Shown: positions 33,159-42,967, counted from the stretch's first letter. The stretch is 64,000 nt of DNA from SAR86 cluster bacterium SAR86A (GCA_000252525.1 JH611156.1:578109-642108); one strand, 5' to 3'. Notes: generated by a model not told the origin, from the sequence alone. Program-made: numbers and translations.

Positions 33159-33744
33159 TAATCTCAACCCTGCCTTCGATAGCGCGAGCTATCGTAGTTC
33201 CATCAACATACTCTAACTCGCCACCAATTGGAATACCATAAGAAATTCTTGAGACTTTTGCATTTTTGACATGATCCGTAATGTATATTGCTGTTGCGTC
33301 TCCCTCTACTGTGCTGCTTGTTGCTAGAATAATTTCTGCTATTTCTTCTTTTTCAATCATACTGAGAAGATCATTTATTCCAAGCTCCTCAGGCCCAATA
33401 CCATCGATTGGAGAAAGCCTGCCTAACAAAACAAAGTACTTTCCCCGATATCCCCCTGTTGATTCAATTGCTAAAACATCAGATGGACTTTCAACTACAC
33501 ATATTTTTTTTATGTCTCTAGCGGTATCCAGACAAATCTTGCACAAGTTATTTGATGTCAACATTCTGCAAGACTCACATCTCTGAATATTATCTAAAGC
33601 ATCACTTAAAGTATTTGCAAGAATACTTGCGCCATCCTTATTTCTATCAAGAAGATAAAGTGCCATTCTTTGAGCTGATTTTTTACCAACACCAGGAAGG
33701 ATAGTTAAAGCATTAATTAAATCAGCTACAAGATCTTGTTTCAT
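33148..33744 (-). CDS. recR: Recombination protein RecR
   Basis: 198 aa; [11 protein letters not shown] HhH motif, C4 zinc finger CESC...CKIC, Toprim domain. Confidence 0.95.
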   Translation of the reverse strand: MKQDLVADLINALTILPGVGKKSAQRMALYLLDRNKDGASILANTLSDALDNIQRCESCRMLTSNNLCKICLDTARDIKKICVVESPSDVLAIESTGGYRGKYFVLLGRLSPIDGIGPEELGINDLLSMIEKEEIAEIILATSSTVEGDATAIYITDHVKNAKVSRISYGIPIGGELEYVDGTTIARAIEGRVEINVD

Positions 33745-35303
33745 TTGAGTGGTTTTATACTATCCTTTTTTATTGAGCCTTTGAATTTTTTAACAAAACT
33801 TTTAATAGATTCATCATTATTTATATTAGATTGAGCATTATTAATATTATCTTCCATTTTCTTATTTTCTAGAATAATTGGAGACTCATTAACATTTCCA
33901 TTTTCATAATTTATTTCAATATCTTTATTAAAAACAGAAGATATTGCTGACTTAAATTCACTCTCAATATTTTCTGGTACCTCGCCAGCAGATGAATCAG
34001 ACATTAGTGTTAACTTATTGTCGTTAAAATCAATAAACGACATATTGCCGAAATAATTTCTAGCAAAAGGACTTAACTCAATTGAATGAAAAAATCTTAC
34101 CCAATCATTATTATCTTTTAAGTGGAAGCTATTTTCTTTTTTTATAACAGTTTCTTCTTTTTTCTCAGTGTTTAGATTTTTTTTTTGAGCAATATCAGAT
34201 CCATTTTTCACACTTGACTCACTTAATTTTTGCAGTGGATTGAAAGTAAGCATTCTTAGTAAACATATTTCTAATGATTCTTTAGGACTTGGATGAACAT
34301 CAAATTTTGAAAAGGCATTAAGGCAGATTTCATAAAGCAACTGACAGAATTCTTGATCAATCTTAACTGCCAAATTTTTAATATCTTCATCGGATGAATT
34401 GTTTAATGCTTGCTCTAATGAGATTTTATGAAGTATAGATATCAAATTTTGTAAAATTACATCATATTCAGGTGATAATTCTTCAATTTTTGCCAAAATA
34501 TTGAAAGCCTTTTTTGCATCTCCTTCAATTACTGATTCGATTAATTCTAATACTAAAGAATTATCAATTGTGCCTAGCAAATTTCCAACATCATCTTTTG
34601 AGAGCATACCATTACCATAGGCAATCGCTTGATCAAGAAGAGTTAATCCGTCTCTAACAGAGCCATTAGCAGAATTCGCAATCATTATTAGAGACTCTTC
34701 ATCATGCTTAATTTTTTCATTCTTTAAAATTTTTTTAAAATGATCTATAAGTAACTCATCGCTTACAGTTTTAAGATTAAGCTGCAAACATCTTGATTGC
34801 ACTGTTTTTGGAATGTTTTCTGGATTGGTCGTTGCAAATAAAAATATAACATGAGGCGGAGGTTCTTCTAATGTTTTTAAAAGGGCATTAAAACTAGCTT
34901 TTGAAAGCATGTGAACTTCATCAATAAGATAAATCTTATATCTGCCTTTTGCTGGTTTATATTCAACTGTTTCTATTAACTCTCTTACTTTTTCAACTTG
35001 TGTATTAGATGCAGCGTCAATTTCAAGAAAATCAACACTTCTTCCAAGACTAATTTCCATTGTATTTGAGCATTTATTGCATGGATTTGGAGTTGGTTTA
35101 TCACTACTCTCACAATTAAGACATTTTGCCAGTATTCTTGCGATAGTAGTTTTACCTACACCTCTTGTTCCTGAAAAAATATAAGCTTGATGAACTTTTT
35201 CTTGCTCAATACTATTTATCAAAGCTTGGACAACATGTTTTTGTCCGATAACTTCTTTGAAGCTCTTTGGTCGATATTTTCTTGCTAAAACTTCATACGA
35301 CAT
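33741..35303 (-). CDS. dnaX: DNA polymerase III subunit tau/gamma
   Basis: 520 aa; Walker A GTRGVGKTT, zinc module CLNCES...CNKC, SRC motif (VQSRC). Confidence 0.95.
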   Translation of the reverse strand: MSYEVLARKYRPKSFKEVIGQKHVVQALINSIEQEKVHQAYIFSGTRGVGKTTIARILAKCLNCESSDKPTPNPCNKCSNTMEISLGRSVDFLEIDAASNTQVEKVRELIETVEYKPAKGRYKIYLIDEVHMLSKASFNALLKTLEEPPPHVIFLFATTNPENIPKTVQSRCLQLNLKTVSDELLIDHFKKILKNEKIKHDEESLIMIANSANGSVRDGLTLLDQAIAYGNGMLSKDDVGNLLGTIDNSLVLELIESVIEGDAKKAFNILAKIEELSPEYDVILQNLISILHKISLEQALNNSSDEDIKNLAVKIDQEFCQLLYEICLNAFSKFDVHPSPKESLEICLLRMLTFNPLQKLSESSVKNGSDIAQKKNLNTEKKEETVIKKENSFHLKDNNDWVRFFHSIELSPFARNYFGNMSFIDFNDNKLTLMSDSSAGEVPENIESEFKSAISSVFNKDIEINYENGNVNESPIILENKKMEDNINNAQSNINNDESIKSFVKKFKGSIKKDSIKPLK

Positions 35304-35312
35304 AACGAAGAA

Positions 35313-35762
35313 TCATAACATGTCGTCAGAGAAAACTGATTCAATTTCTTGAAAAGTAAATCCTCTATTCTTCATAAAACTCTTTTGCTTAAGTTTTTCA
35401 TTAGTTTCTTCTGATGGGCCATTTTTAAATTTTTTATCAAATGCTTTTTTTGCAGCCTTCTTCCATCCACCTTCTTCGTTTAAAACCTTATGTATATCAC
35501 TTTCATCTATACCTTTAGATAACAGCTCAAACTTAATTTTTTTTGGGCCAAATCCTTTCCTTTTTCGAGCTACTACATATGCCTCTGCATACCTGAAATC
35601 ATTTAGAAGATTATTTTTCTTTAATTTTGATACAGTTAAGGAAATTTCTTCTGTAGAGTCAAACTTTTTTTCTAATTTAAAAATAAGCTCCTTAGCAGAG
35701 TGCTCTCTTCTTGATAATATATCTAGGGCTTTATTATAAATTAATGATGATTCTTCACTCAT
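35313..35762 (-). CDS. recX: Recombination regulator RecX
   Basis: 149 aa; three-repeat helical RecX pattern (ALDILSRREHSAKEL..., YAEAYVVARKRKGFGPKKIKFELLSKGI). Confidence 0.75.
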   Translation of the reverse strand: MSEESSLIYNKALDILSRREHSAKELIFKLEKKFDSTEEISLTVSKLKKNNLLNDFRYAEAYVVARKRKGFGPKKIKFELLSKGIDESDIHKVLNEEGGWKKAAKKAFDKKFKNGPSEETNEKLKQKSFMKNRGFTFQEIESVFSDDML

Positions 35763-36220
35763 TAATCAAAAGGTATTACTCTTGATTTGCCATTTCTTTT
35801 TATAATTCTAACTTTCTGGTCAACTCTAAAATCATATTTCCCAACTTCCTGAATGATCGATATCATTCTTCCACCATTAGTTTCAATTAATAATTCAATA
35901 CCATTTTTTTGGGTAAGATTTGACCCCAGTTCTGCTCCAACTGCAGATCCAACTATACCCCCAATAATTGCGGCAATATCAGATTCGGGTTCAGAGTCTG
36001 TAACATTCTTACCAACCGAACCTCCAATCAGGGCACCAGCAGCTGCACCGGTTTCTCTATCACCCTCTATGGTTACGCTTGATACATCTAAAATTGTGCC
36101 AATCACAACATATTGTTGTTTTTGAACATCTGATTTTCTCACCACCTCAGGTGTTAAAGACATATTAGAACAAGAAATTAAAAATAAAGTTGTTATTAAA
36201 ATAAAATGTTTGAAGTTCAT
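35762..36220 (-). CDS. Glycine-zipper outer-membrane lipoprotein (SlyB/PCP-like)
   Basis: 152 aa; lipobox FLISC; Gly-zipper GAAAGALIGGSVG...IIGGIVGSAVGAELG. Confidence 0.7.
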   Translation of the reverse strand: MNFKHFILITTLFLISCSNMSLTPEVVRKSDVQKQQYVVIGTILDVSSVTIEGDRETGAAAGALIGGSVGKNVTDSEPESDIAAIIGGIVGSAVGAELGSNLTQKNGIELLIETNGGRMISIIQEVGKYDFRVDQKVRIIKRNGKSRVIPFD

Positions 36221-36221
36221 C

Positions 36222-36614
36222 CTATATCTCCATTAAAGAAAAATCTAAAAAAAGATCTTCCTTAATAACATAGTATTTTTTGTTTTTTTCAAATCCATCT
36301 AAAAGCTCAACTTCATATATCTCTTCTTGATGCTTGGGCTTTATAATTTTGATTCTATCGCCTTTATTTAATCTAACTAAATTTCTCCCATCTACAATAG
36401 AAAATTGATCCCAATCATTAAATTTTCTTGCTTGATAGGTATTAAATGCATCAATAGAAAAATAATATAAAACTTTAGAATTAGTTGGAGAAAACTTTGT
36501 GCTTCTTTTCTCTAAGGCCCATGTTTGCCCTTCTTCAATAACTGTTTCATTATTTTCAGAATTTACATCAAGTATTAGAAGCATGGTTGATAAAGCTATA
36601 AGTGTAATTTTCAT
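36222..36614 (-). CDS. Small secreted protein of unknown function
   Basis: 130 aa with a signal peptide and no recognisable motif. Confidence 0.5.
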   Translation of the reverse strand: MKITLIALSTMLLILDVNSENNETVIEEGQTWALEKRSTKFSPTNSKVLYYFSIDAFNTYQARKFNDWDQFSIVDGRNLVRLNKGDRIKIIKPKHQEEIYEVELLDGFEKNKKYYVIKEDLFLDFSLMEI

Positions 36615-36690
36615 AATATTATTGACAGATTAAGTAATAAAAAGTTCTGGTCATTAATGAAGATTATTACATAATTATTTATTACTAACG

Positions 36691-36718
36691 ATTGAAAATT
36701 CATAAAATATCCATATAT
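36691..36718 (+). promoter_or_regulatory. Sigma-32-like promoter upstream of ibpA
   Basis: ATTGAAA...tatCCATATAT compared with CTTGAAA-N13-15-CCCCATNT. The spacer is about 12 nt, slightly short. Confidence 0.4.
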
Positions 36719-36783
36719 ATAATGTGAAGGAAATGCCATAACGGATTTCCATTTAACCAGTGCAGTCTGAAAAGATGCACATA

Positions 36784-36811
36784 TTTAGTCGCTATAAGGA
36801 GGACTATTATG
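36784..36811 (+). promoter_or_regulatory. ROSE-like RNA thermometer hairpin masking the ibpA Shine-Dalgarno sequence
   Basis: UAGUC(G)CU-AUAAGG-AGGACUA: the ROSE signature U(U/C)GCU (here UCGCU, with a bulged G) pairs with AGGA of the SD. Two further hairpins lie upstream at 36729-36750 and 36760-36780. Confidence 0.5.
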
Positions 36812-37261
36812 ATACTTAATTTTACAGATCCATTTTTCACAACGCGTGTACTTGGTTTTGAACCTTTATTTGATAGGTTGCAGAGACTCTCTGAATCTAA
36901 TGAGCGCTCTTCAAGTTATCCACCATATAACATTAGTAAAGATGGTAATTTATTTGCTATCGAAATTGCTGTTGCTGGTCTATCTAAAGAAGATATACAA
37001 ATAGAGCTTGCAGATGGTGTTCTAACAATTAGTTATGACGGACCAAATACTGAAGTTATCAATGGTGAAAACAAGGTTGTGTATCAAGGAATTGCTCAAA
37101 GAGCTTTTAAACAACAATTCACTCTATCTGAAGATGTGGTTGTTCAAGGTGCAGAGCTAATCAATGGTTTACTTACAGTAAATCTTGAAAAAATTATTCC
37201 TGATGAGAAAAAGCCTAGAATAATTGAGATAAAATCACCAAAGAGAATCTCAAGTAAGTAG
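36809..37261 (+). CDS. ibpA: Small heat-shock protein (IbpA/Hsp20 family)
   Basis: 150 aa; alpha-crystallin domain (YPPYNISK...AIEIAVAGLSKEDIQIEL...GLLTVNLEK). Confidence 0.9.
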   Translation: MILNFTDPFFTTRVLGFEPLFDRLQRLSESNERSSSYPPYNISKDGNLFAIEIAVAGLSKEDIQIELADGVLTISYDGPNTEVINGENKVVYQGIAQRAFKQQFTLSEDVVVQGAELINGLLTVNLEKIIPDEKKPRIIEIKSPKRISSK

Positions 37262-37276
37262 TACACATCAAGTGAA

Positions 37277-37306
37277 ATGGGGTGCATAATGCACCCCATA
37301 TGTTTT
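37277..37306 (+). terminator. Rho-independent terminator downstream of ibpA
   Basis: ATGGGGTGCAT-A-ATGCACCCCAT perfect palindrome followed by ATGTTTTAT. Confidence 0.7.
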
Positions 37307-37326
37307 ATAGGATAAAATTACATTTT

Positions 37327-39306
37327 ATGAAATTTCTCAAAATATCCTATCTATTATTCTTTTGCTTGGCCTTAGAAGCAGTCATAGTAGATACAGGTCA
37401 TGCAAATGTCTCGTTAGTTAAGTTTGAAAGCCTAGAAGGAGATCGTAGTAAAACTCTTTTAGGAATTAAAATGGATATGCAAGAAAATTGGCATACCTAT
37501 TGGAAAAATCCCGGTGATTCAGGCGGTCCTATAAAGGTTAAGTGGTCTCACGATAACAATATATCCATCAGTAAAATATATTGGCCAACTCCAACTTTAA
37601 TCCCATATGAACCTTTAATGACATATGGATACAAAAATTTTGTAATTTTTCCTTTTGAAATCACTAACTCAAATAATAAAAATTCATACATTGAAGCAAA
37701 CATAGACTTTTTAATTTGTGATGATATTTGTGTTCCTGAAAAGGCATTGATCAAGACAAATCTAGATGAAATAAAGAGTGATCCCTCTCTTAATGATTGG
37801 TTTTTAAAAGTTCCAGATCAAATACTACCTGTTAAAGCTTCAGTAGACAGTGAGTATATTAATATTCGGTTTTCTTCACCATTTGACGTGAGTTCCGCAA
37901 TATTTTTTGTTGATGAACAAGATATTGTAGAACATGCTGAAAACCAAAAACTTTCTAAAGAGGAGAATAATTACTTACTTTCGATAAAAAAAGTGGATTA
38001 TTTGGAATCTTTTGAGAATCTATCTGGAGTATTATCAATTAATAATAATGAAAGTTTTATCATAGATGCTGAAATTGAAAATATAACTCAAAACTCTTTC
38101 AATATTTCATTCTTTCAAGCATTAATTTTTGCTTTTGTTGGTGGTCTAATTTTAAATTTAATGCCATGCGTTTTTCCAATAATTTCTTTAAAAGTACTAA
38201 GTTTCGTTTCAATGAGCAATCAATCACCGTCAAAAATTAGAGCACATGCCTTATCATTTTGCGCAGGAGTAATGATTTCATTTCTTCTAATTGGATTTGC
38301 AATGATTCTTCTTAAACAAGCCGGTTTATTTTTAGGTTGGGGATTTCAATTGCAGTCTCCAACTATTGTAGGATTGCTTAGTTTGCTGATGTTTGTAATC
38401 GGTTTAGTCTTACTCAGCGATATAAATATAGGTTCATCACTTACTAGGCTTGGTGGATTTGGTTCTAGCGGAAGTCTAGCTGGTTCCTTTTCAACAGGCA
38501 TCTTAGCTGTTGTCGTAGCCTCGCCTTGCACTGCACCTTTTATGGGGGCAGCACTTGGATATGCCTTAATACAACCATCGGGATTAACTTTACCAATCTT
38601 TTCAGCGCTTGGTTTAGGTTTTGCATTTCCATATTTTGTCTTATCAGCATCGCCAAGTTTAATAAATTATTTACCAAAACCAGGTAATTGGATGGTCACA
38701 TTAAAAGAATTTTTTGCATTCCCAATGTTTGCTACATCAATATGGTTAATATGGGTATTTAGCGTTCAAACATCTTCTAACGAAGTAATTTTTCTGTTAA
38801 TTACAATTTTATTGATCTCATTATTAATTTGGATAGGCTCAAGACTAAACAAATCTAGCTACAGAATAATTATTTTAGCTATTGCAGTTTTTGTAATTTT
38901 CTTTCAATTTAAAGATATCCCATCAAATGAAATGCAAGCTACAAAGTCCTTAAAACTTGAGAATTATGATTATGTTGAGTGGAATAAAAATATAGAAAAT
39001 GAATATCAGAGTAAAAATCAAGCGTATTTGATTAATTTCACAGCTGCGTGGTGTATTACATGTCAAACAAATGACAAAATTGCATTGTCAAGACCAGCAG
39101 TTAAAGAATATATTTTTGAAAACAATATTGAGTATATCGTTGCAGATTGGACCAACAAAAATGATGAAATTCTAAAAACTCTTGAAACCTACAATAGAAA
39201 TGGTGTTCCACTATATATTTTTTGGAAGCCTGGTATGAGTGAATCTAAAATTTTACCAGCGATTTTAACTGAGCAAGTTTTGCTTGATAGTTTCAACAAC
39301 TCATAA
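37327..39306 (+). CDS. DsbD-family protein-disulfide reductase (N-terminal DsbD-alpha-like domain, CcdA-like TM core, C-terminal thioredoxin)
   Basis: Start at MKFLKISYLL; LICDDICVPE; TM core with LMPCVFP and ASPCTAPF; C-terminal WCITC. Confidence 0.8.
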   Translation: MKFLKISYLLFFCLALEAVIVDTGHANVSLVKFESLEGDRSKTLLGIKMDMQENWHTYWKNPGDSGGPIKVKWSHDNNISISKIYWPTPTLIPYEPLMTYGYKNFVIFPFEITNSNNKNSYIEANIDFLICDDICVPEKALIKTNLDEIKSDPSLNDWFLKVPDQILPVKASVDSEYINIRFSSPFDVSSAIFFVDEQDIVEHAENQKLSKEENNYLLSIKKVDYLESFENLSGVLSINNNESFIIDAEIENITQNSFNISFFQALIFAFVGGLILNLMPCVFPIISLKVLSFVSMSNQSPSKIRAHALSFCAGVMISFLLIGFAMILLKQAGLFLGWGFQLQSPTIVGLLSLLMFVIGLVLLSDINIGSSLTRLGGFGSSGSLAGSFSTGILAVVVASPCTAPFMGAALGYALIQPSGLTLPIFSALGLGFAFPYFVLSASPSLINYLPKPGNWMVTLKEFFAFPMFATSIWLIWVFSVQTSSNEVIFLLITILLISLLIWIGSRLNKSSYRIIILAIAVFVIFFQFKDIPSNEMQATKSLKLENYDYVEWNKNIENEYQSKNQAYLINFTAAWCITCQTNDKIALSRPAVKEYIFENNIEYIVADWTNKNDEILKTLETYNRNGVPLYIFWKPGMSESKILPAILTEQVLLDSFNNS

Positions 39307-39344
39307 TTAATAATATAATCGTGGATTAATTAATAGGAAGTTTT

Positions 39345-40046
39345 ATGTTTGGGACACCTTTTGAAATTTTTGGAACAGTTCATGTCATAACTATTGTTGT
39401 GATTGCATTTGTTTCAATATTTTTACCAAAATTTTATAAAGGTAAGGCGGATGAACAAATTTCCCTTATGAAAAAAATTATTGCCGGTGTAATTGCCGCC
39501 CACGTAATCATTTCACCATACAAAGATTTATATCTACTAGCTAACCCTTATGACTGGAGAGAAACAATTCCTCTTCACATGTGCGATTTATCAGAAATTT
39601 TTCTTATATGGTTTTTACTTGGTGGGCCTAAAATATTATATTTATGCGCATTCTTTTGGGGTCTTGGGGGAGCAACAATGGCAATACTTACTCCTGATAT
39701 AAGTCATCATGATTTAGATTACATATTTTTTATGATAGGTCATGGAATGATTATTGTTGGAATTATGTTTGCAACTGTTACCCTTGGAAACAGGCCTTAT
39801 GCAAAGGATATTATTAAAGTTTCTTTAATTACAGCATTTGTTTTACTTCCAATTGTCTATGTAATTAATTTAATTCTTGGAGAGCCTGCTAATTTTTGGT
39901 ATCTAATGGCTAAACCAGATGGAGCTTCTTTGATGGATGTATTTCCAGATCCGCCATATCATCTTCTGTATACAACTCCTTTGGCTATTGCAGTATTCTA
40001 CTTAATATATTTGCCATATTTTATAAAAGATAACTTTGCTAAATAG
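39345..40046 (+). CDS. Integral membrane protein, TIGR02206/YwaF-like
   Basis: 233 aa, about 7 TM, IPLHMCDL motif. Confidence 0.45.
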   Translation: MFGTPFEIFGTVHVITIVVIAFVSIFLPKFYKGKADEQISLMKKIIAGVIAAHVIISPYKDLYLLANPYDWRETIPLHMCDLSEIFLIWFLLGGPKILYLCAFFWGLGGATMAILTPDISHHDLDYIFFMIGHGMIIVGIMFATVTLGNRPYAKDIIKVSLITAFVLLPIVYVINLILGEPANFWYLMAKPDGASLMDVFPDPPYHLLYTTPLAIAVFYLIYLPYFIKDNFAK

Positions 40047-40102
40047 CTTGCTGTTTTTGATTTAATTATCTAAATAACTTTAAAATAAAGATACAATTAG
40101 TT

Positions 40103-41188
40103 ATGCAAAATTTTTTTGATTTATTAAAAGAGGTTTGGACTTCAGGATTCCTAGGCATCGATTTGGGTTCTTTGATATCATCACTGCTTGTACTTCTAGC
40201 AGCTTTTCTATTTAGAGGCTTTATCATATCAGTAATACTTAATGCCCTAGGCAGGCTTGCTGAAAGCACAGAATCAAAAATAGATGATGAAATTCTGAAT
40301 GCTTTAAGAAGGCCTATTGGATTGGTTCCAGTAACTATTGCACTTTATATTTGTACCTTAATACTTCCATTAAGTGGCCTTATTGGTGATATAGCAACAA
40401 ACGTAGTAAAGGCTTTTGTTATATTCACAATATTTAGTGCGCTTGCGAACGCTGTTAAACCTGTTTTTGCAGCATTATCTACAAGTACATGGTTAACAGC
40501 ATCAATGCAGATGTGGCTTGAAAGAGCTTCTAAATTTATAGTTTGGGTCATTGGTGTTGCAATAATACTAGATATATTTGGAATTCAAATAGGTCCATTG
40601 ATAGCAGGTTTAGGGTTATTTTCAGTAGCAGTGGCTTTAGGTGCTCAAGATTTTTTTAAGAATTTAATATCTGGCATATTAATTATTGGAGAGCACAGAT
40701 TCCAGCCTGGTGATAGGATTGAAGTATCAGGTCAACTTCATGGAATTGTCGAGAGTATTGGTTTTAGATCGACTGTTATTAGAACTTTTGATACAGCTCC
40801 AATGGTAATACCAAATAAAGATCTATCAGATGTAAAAGTTATTAATCACGGAGAAATGATTAATAGAAGAATTAATTGGAAAATAAACCTAATATATTCA
40901 ACGTCTGTAGAGCAATTAGAATCTATTAGAAATCAGATAAAAGAATATATTATTGATTCAAATGACTTTGCTACAGATGGAGATCTTGATCCTGTAGTTA
41001 GGGTTGTTGAACTCGGTGGAAGCTCAATTGATATGATGATAGTTGCTTATGCAGATCCTATGGGTTTTGCTGCATTTAATAAAGTAAAAGAAAATTTAAT
41101 TTTTAACATTATGAAGATTGTTAAAAATAATAAATCTGAGTTTGCATATCCATCAACTTCACTTTATGTTGAGTCAATGCCTAAATAA
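40103..41188 (+). CDS. MscS-family mechanosensitive channel
   Basis: 361 aa; TM3-like GLGLFSVAVALGAQDFFKNLISG followed by a beta-domain (FQPGDRIEV). Confidence 0.85.
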   Translation: MQNFFDLLKEVWTSGFLGIDLGSLISSLLVLLAAFLFRGFIISVILNALGRLAESTESKIDDEILNALRRPIGLVPVTIALYICTLILPLSGLIGDIATNVVKAFVIFTIFSALANAVKPVFAALSTSTWLTASMQMWLERASKFIVWVIGVAIILDIFGIQIGPLIAGLGLFSVAVALGAQDFFKNLISGILIIGEHRFQPGDRIEVSGQLHGIVESIGFRSTVIRTFDTAPMVIPNKDLSDVKVINHGEMINRRINWKINLIYSTSVEQLESIRNQIKEYIIDSNDFATDGDLDPVVRVVELGGSSIDMMIVAYADPMGFAAFNKVKENLIFNIMKIVKNNKSEFAYPSTSLYVESMPK

Positions 41189-41200
41189 TATTGATGTATT

Positions 41201-42967
41201 ATGAGCGATCAGATAATACTCTCATCAACATTAATTGCTCTACTTTGCTTATTTATATGGGGTAAGGTTAGATATGATGCTCTAGCTGTAGGCGCCCTAT
41301 TTATCTTAGTTGTATTAGAAATTATTCCTGCTAATGAAGCATTTGCTGGATTTGCTCATCCGGCAGTTATTACAGTTGCTCTTGTTTTGATTATCAGTCA
41401 AGGTTTAACGAATTCTGGTATTGCTGGTCTTGTTGGTAAATTGATTGGAGGTCGCGAATTTACAGAAATTCAATTTATGGTTTCTTTACTATTTATAGCT
41501 GCAATTTTGTCTTCATTTATAAACAATATTGGCGCATTAGCTATCTTGTTACCAATAACATTAAATATATGTCAAAAAATGGAATGGCATCCATCAAAAT
41601 TTCTAATGCCTTTAGCTTTCGCATGTATCTTGGGAGGCATGAATACTGCAATTGGAACTCCGCCAAATATTATTATTTCAGAATATAAAGCATCGATATC
41701 TAATGCTGGTTTCAATTTTTTTGATTTTTCATATGTAGGATTAATGATTACTGTTATATGTATATTGTTTATTGCATTTATTGGTAATAAATTAATTTTT
41801 TTAAGGAAAGAGATTCCATCAAACGAAAATCTTATAGATCTAAAAGGATATTTATTTGAAGTTATTGTAAATGAAAATAGTTCTTCAATCGGCATGACCT
41901 TATATGCTTTCAAAAAAAGGGCTGGAGAAGATACTGAGATACTTGGGATAGTTTCTGAGAGTGGTGCTGTTCGTAAGGTACAAAATAATATGCGAATTAA
42001 AGCAGGACAAATATTAGTCATCAAAACACCGCCTGATGATATTGGAAACATTTTAGATATTTTTGATTTCTCAATACCAAAAGAATTGCATTCATTTGAT
42101 GAAGATGATCTTGAAGAAATTGAGGTAATGATTACTCCTGGATCAAGACTGATTGGAAGAAAATATGAATTTTTTTTAAAGTTAGCCTTTGAAGAACTTA
42201 ACTTATTAGGTCTATGGAGAAAAGGTTCTAAATATAGAACTAGATTAACACGCGAAACGTTTAGAGCTGGAGATGTATTGCTCTTAGGAGTGAGAGATCT
42301 TGCTGAAGAAGATGTCTCGAATAAAATTAAACACCTTGGATTAATGCCTCTTAGACAAAGAGAACTCCAAACAATTCCAAGTAGAAGTAGGCTTATAAAA
42401 GGATTGGCATTCTTTTTATTGTCAATTTTTTTAGTCTCATTTAATTATCTTAGTGCTGCACCTGCATTTCTTTTATGTGTCTTAGGCTTTGCAAGAATTA
42501 AAATTATTGATAATGATTTTTATAGAAAAATTGATTGGCCAATAATAGTGATGTTAGCGGCAATGATTCCTATCGGAACTGCATTGCAAACTACTGGCGT
42601 GAGTGCTGAAATTGCATCATTTATTTCTCAATATGCATCCGATTTAGGTTTGTTTTGGATACTCTTCATAATTTTAATTGTAACCATGGCTACTACAGAT
42701 ATTATCAATAATGCTGCAACTGCTGTCATTATGGCGCCAATCTCAGTAGGTATTGGTTTAGAGCTTGGTTACGCAATTGAGCCATTTCTAATGGTTGTCG
42801 CTGTTGGTGCCAGTTGTGCATTCTTAACTCCAATTGGACATCAATGTAATACTGTTGTGATGGGTCCTGGTAACTATAAGTTTACTGATTACTGGCGAAT
42901 GGGTTTACCAATGGATATCTTAATAATATTGGCCTCTATACCGATGATATTGTTTGTGTGGACTTGA
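41201..42967 (+). CDS. SLC13/DASS-type permease with two central TrkA-C (RCK_C) domains
   Basis: 588 aa; TM bundles flank two soluble RCK_C-like repeats (LFEVIVNENSSSIG..., IEVMITPGSRLIGRK...). Confidence 0.75.
   Translation: MSDQIILSSTLIALLCLFIWGKVRYDALAVGALFILVVLEIIPANEAFAGFAHPAVITVALVLIISQGLTNSGIAGLVGKLIGGREFTEIQFMVSLLFIAAILSSFINNIGALAILLPITLNICQKMEWHPSKFLMPLAFACILGGMNTAIGTPPNIIISEYKASISNAGFNFFDFSYVGLMITVICILFIAFIGNKLIFLRKEIPSNENLIDLKGYLFEVIVNENSSSIGMTLYAFKKRAGEDTEILGIVSESGAVRKVQNNMRIKAGQILVIKTPPDDIGNILDIFDFSIPKELHSFDEDDLEEIEVMITPGSRLIGRKYEFFLKLAFEELNLLGLWRKGSKYRTRLTRETFRAGDVLLLGVRDLAEEDVSNKIKHLGLMPLRQRELQTIPSRSRLIKGLAFFLLSIFLVSFNYLSAAPAFLLCVLGFARIKIIDNDFYRKIDWPIIVMLAAMIPIGTALQTTGVSAEIASFISQYASDLGLFWILFIILIVTMATTDIINNAATAVIMAPISVGIGLELGYAIEPFLMVVAVGASCAFLTPIGHQCNTVVMGPGNYKFTDYWRMGLPMDILIILASIPMILFVWT

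Noticed and set aside
37282-37326. Upstream GTG start for the DsbD-family gene.
   Set aside because: It lies inside the ibpA terminator hairpin. The ATG at 37327 gives a normal signal-peptide-like N-terminus (MKFLKISYLLFF).
41572-42051. 159-aa minus-strand ORF inside the SLC13 permease gene. Similar antisense ORFs occur at 27077-27433 (in sppA), 50359-50682 (in the CaCA gene), 60767-61042 and 61766-61978 (in the ACAD gene) and 35853-36125 (in the Gly-zipper gene).
   Set aside because: These are shadow ORFs opposite well-supported genes with recognisable motifs. They have low-complexity or hydrophobic mirror composition and no independent start signals.
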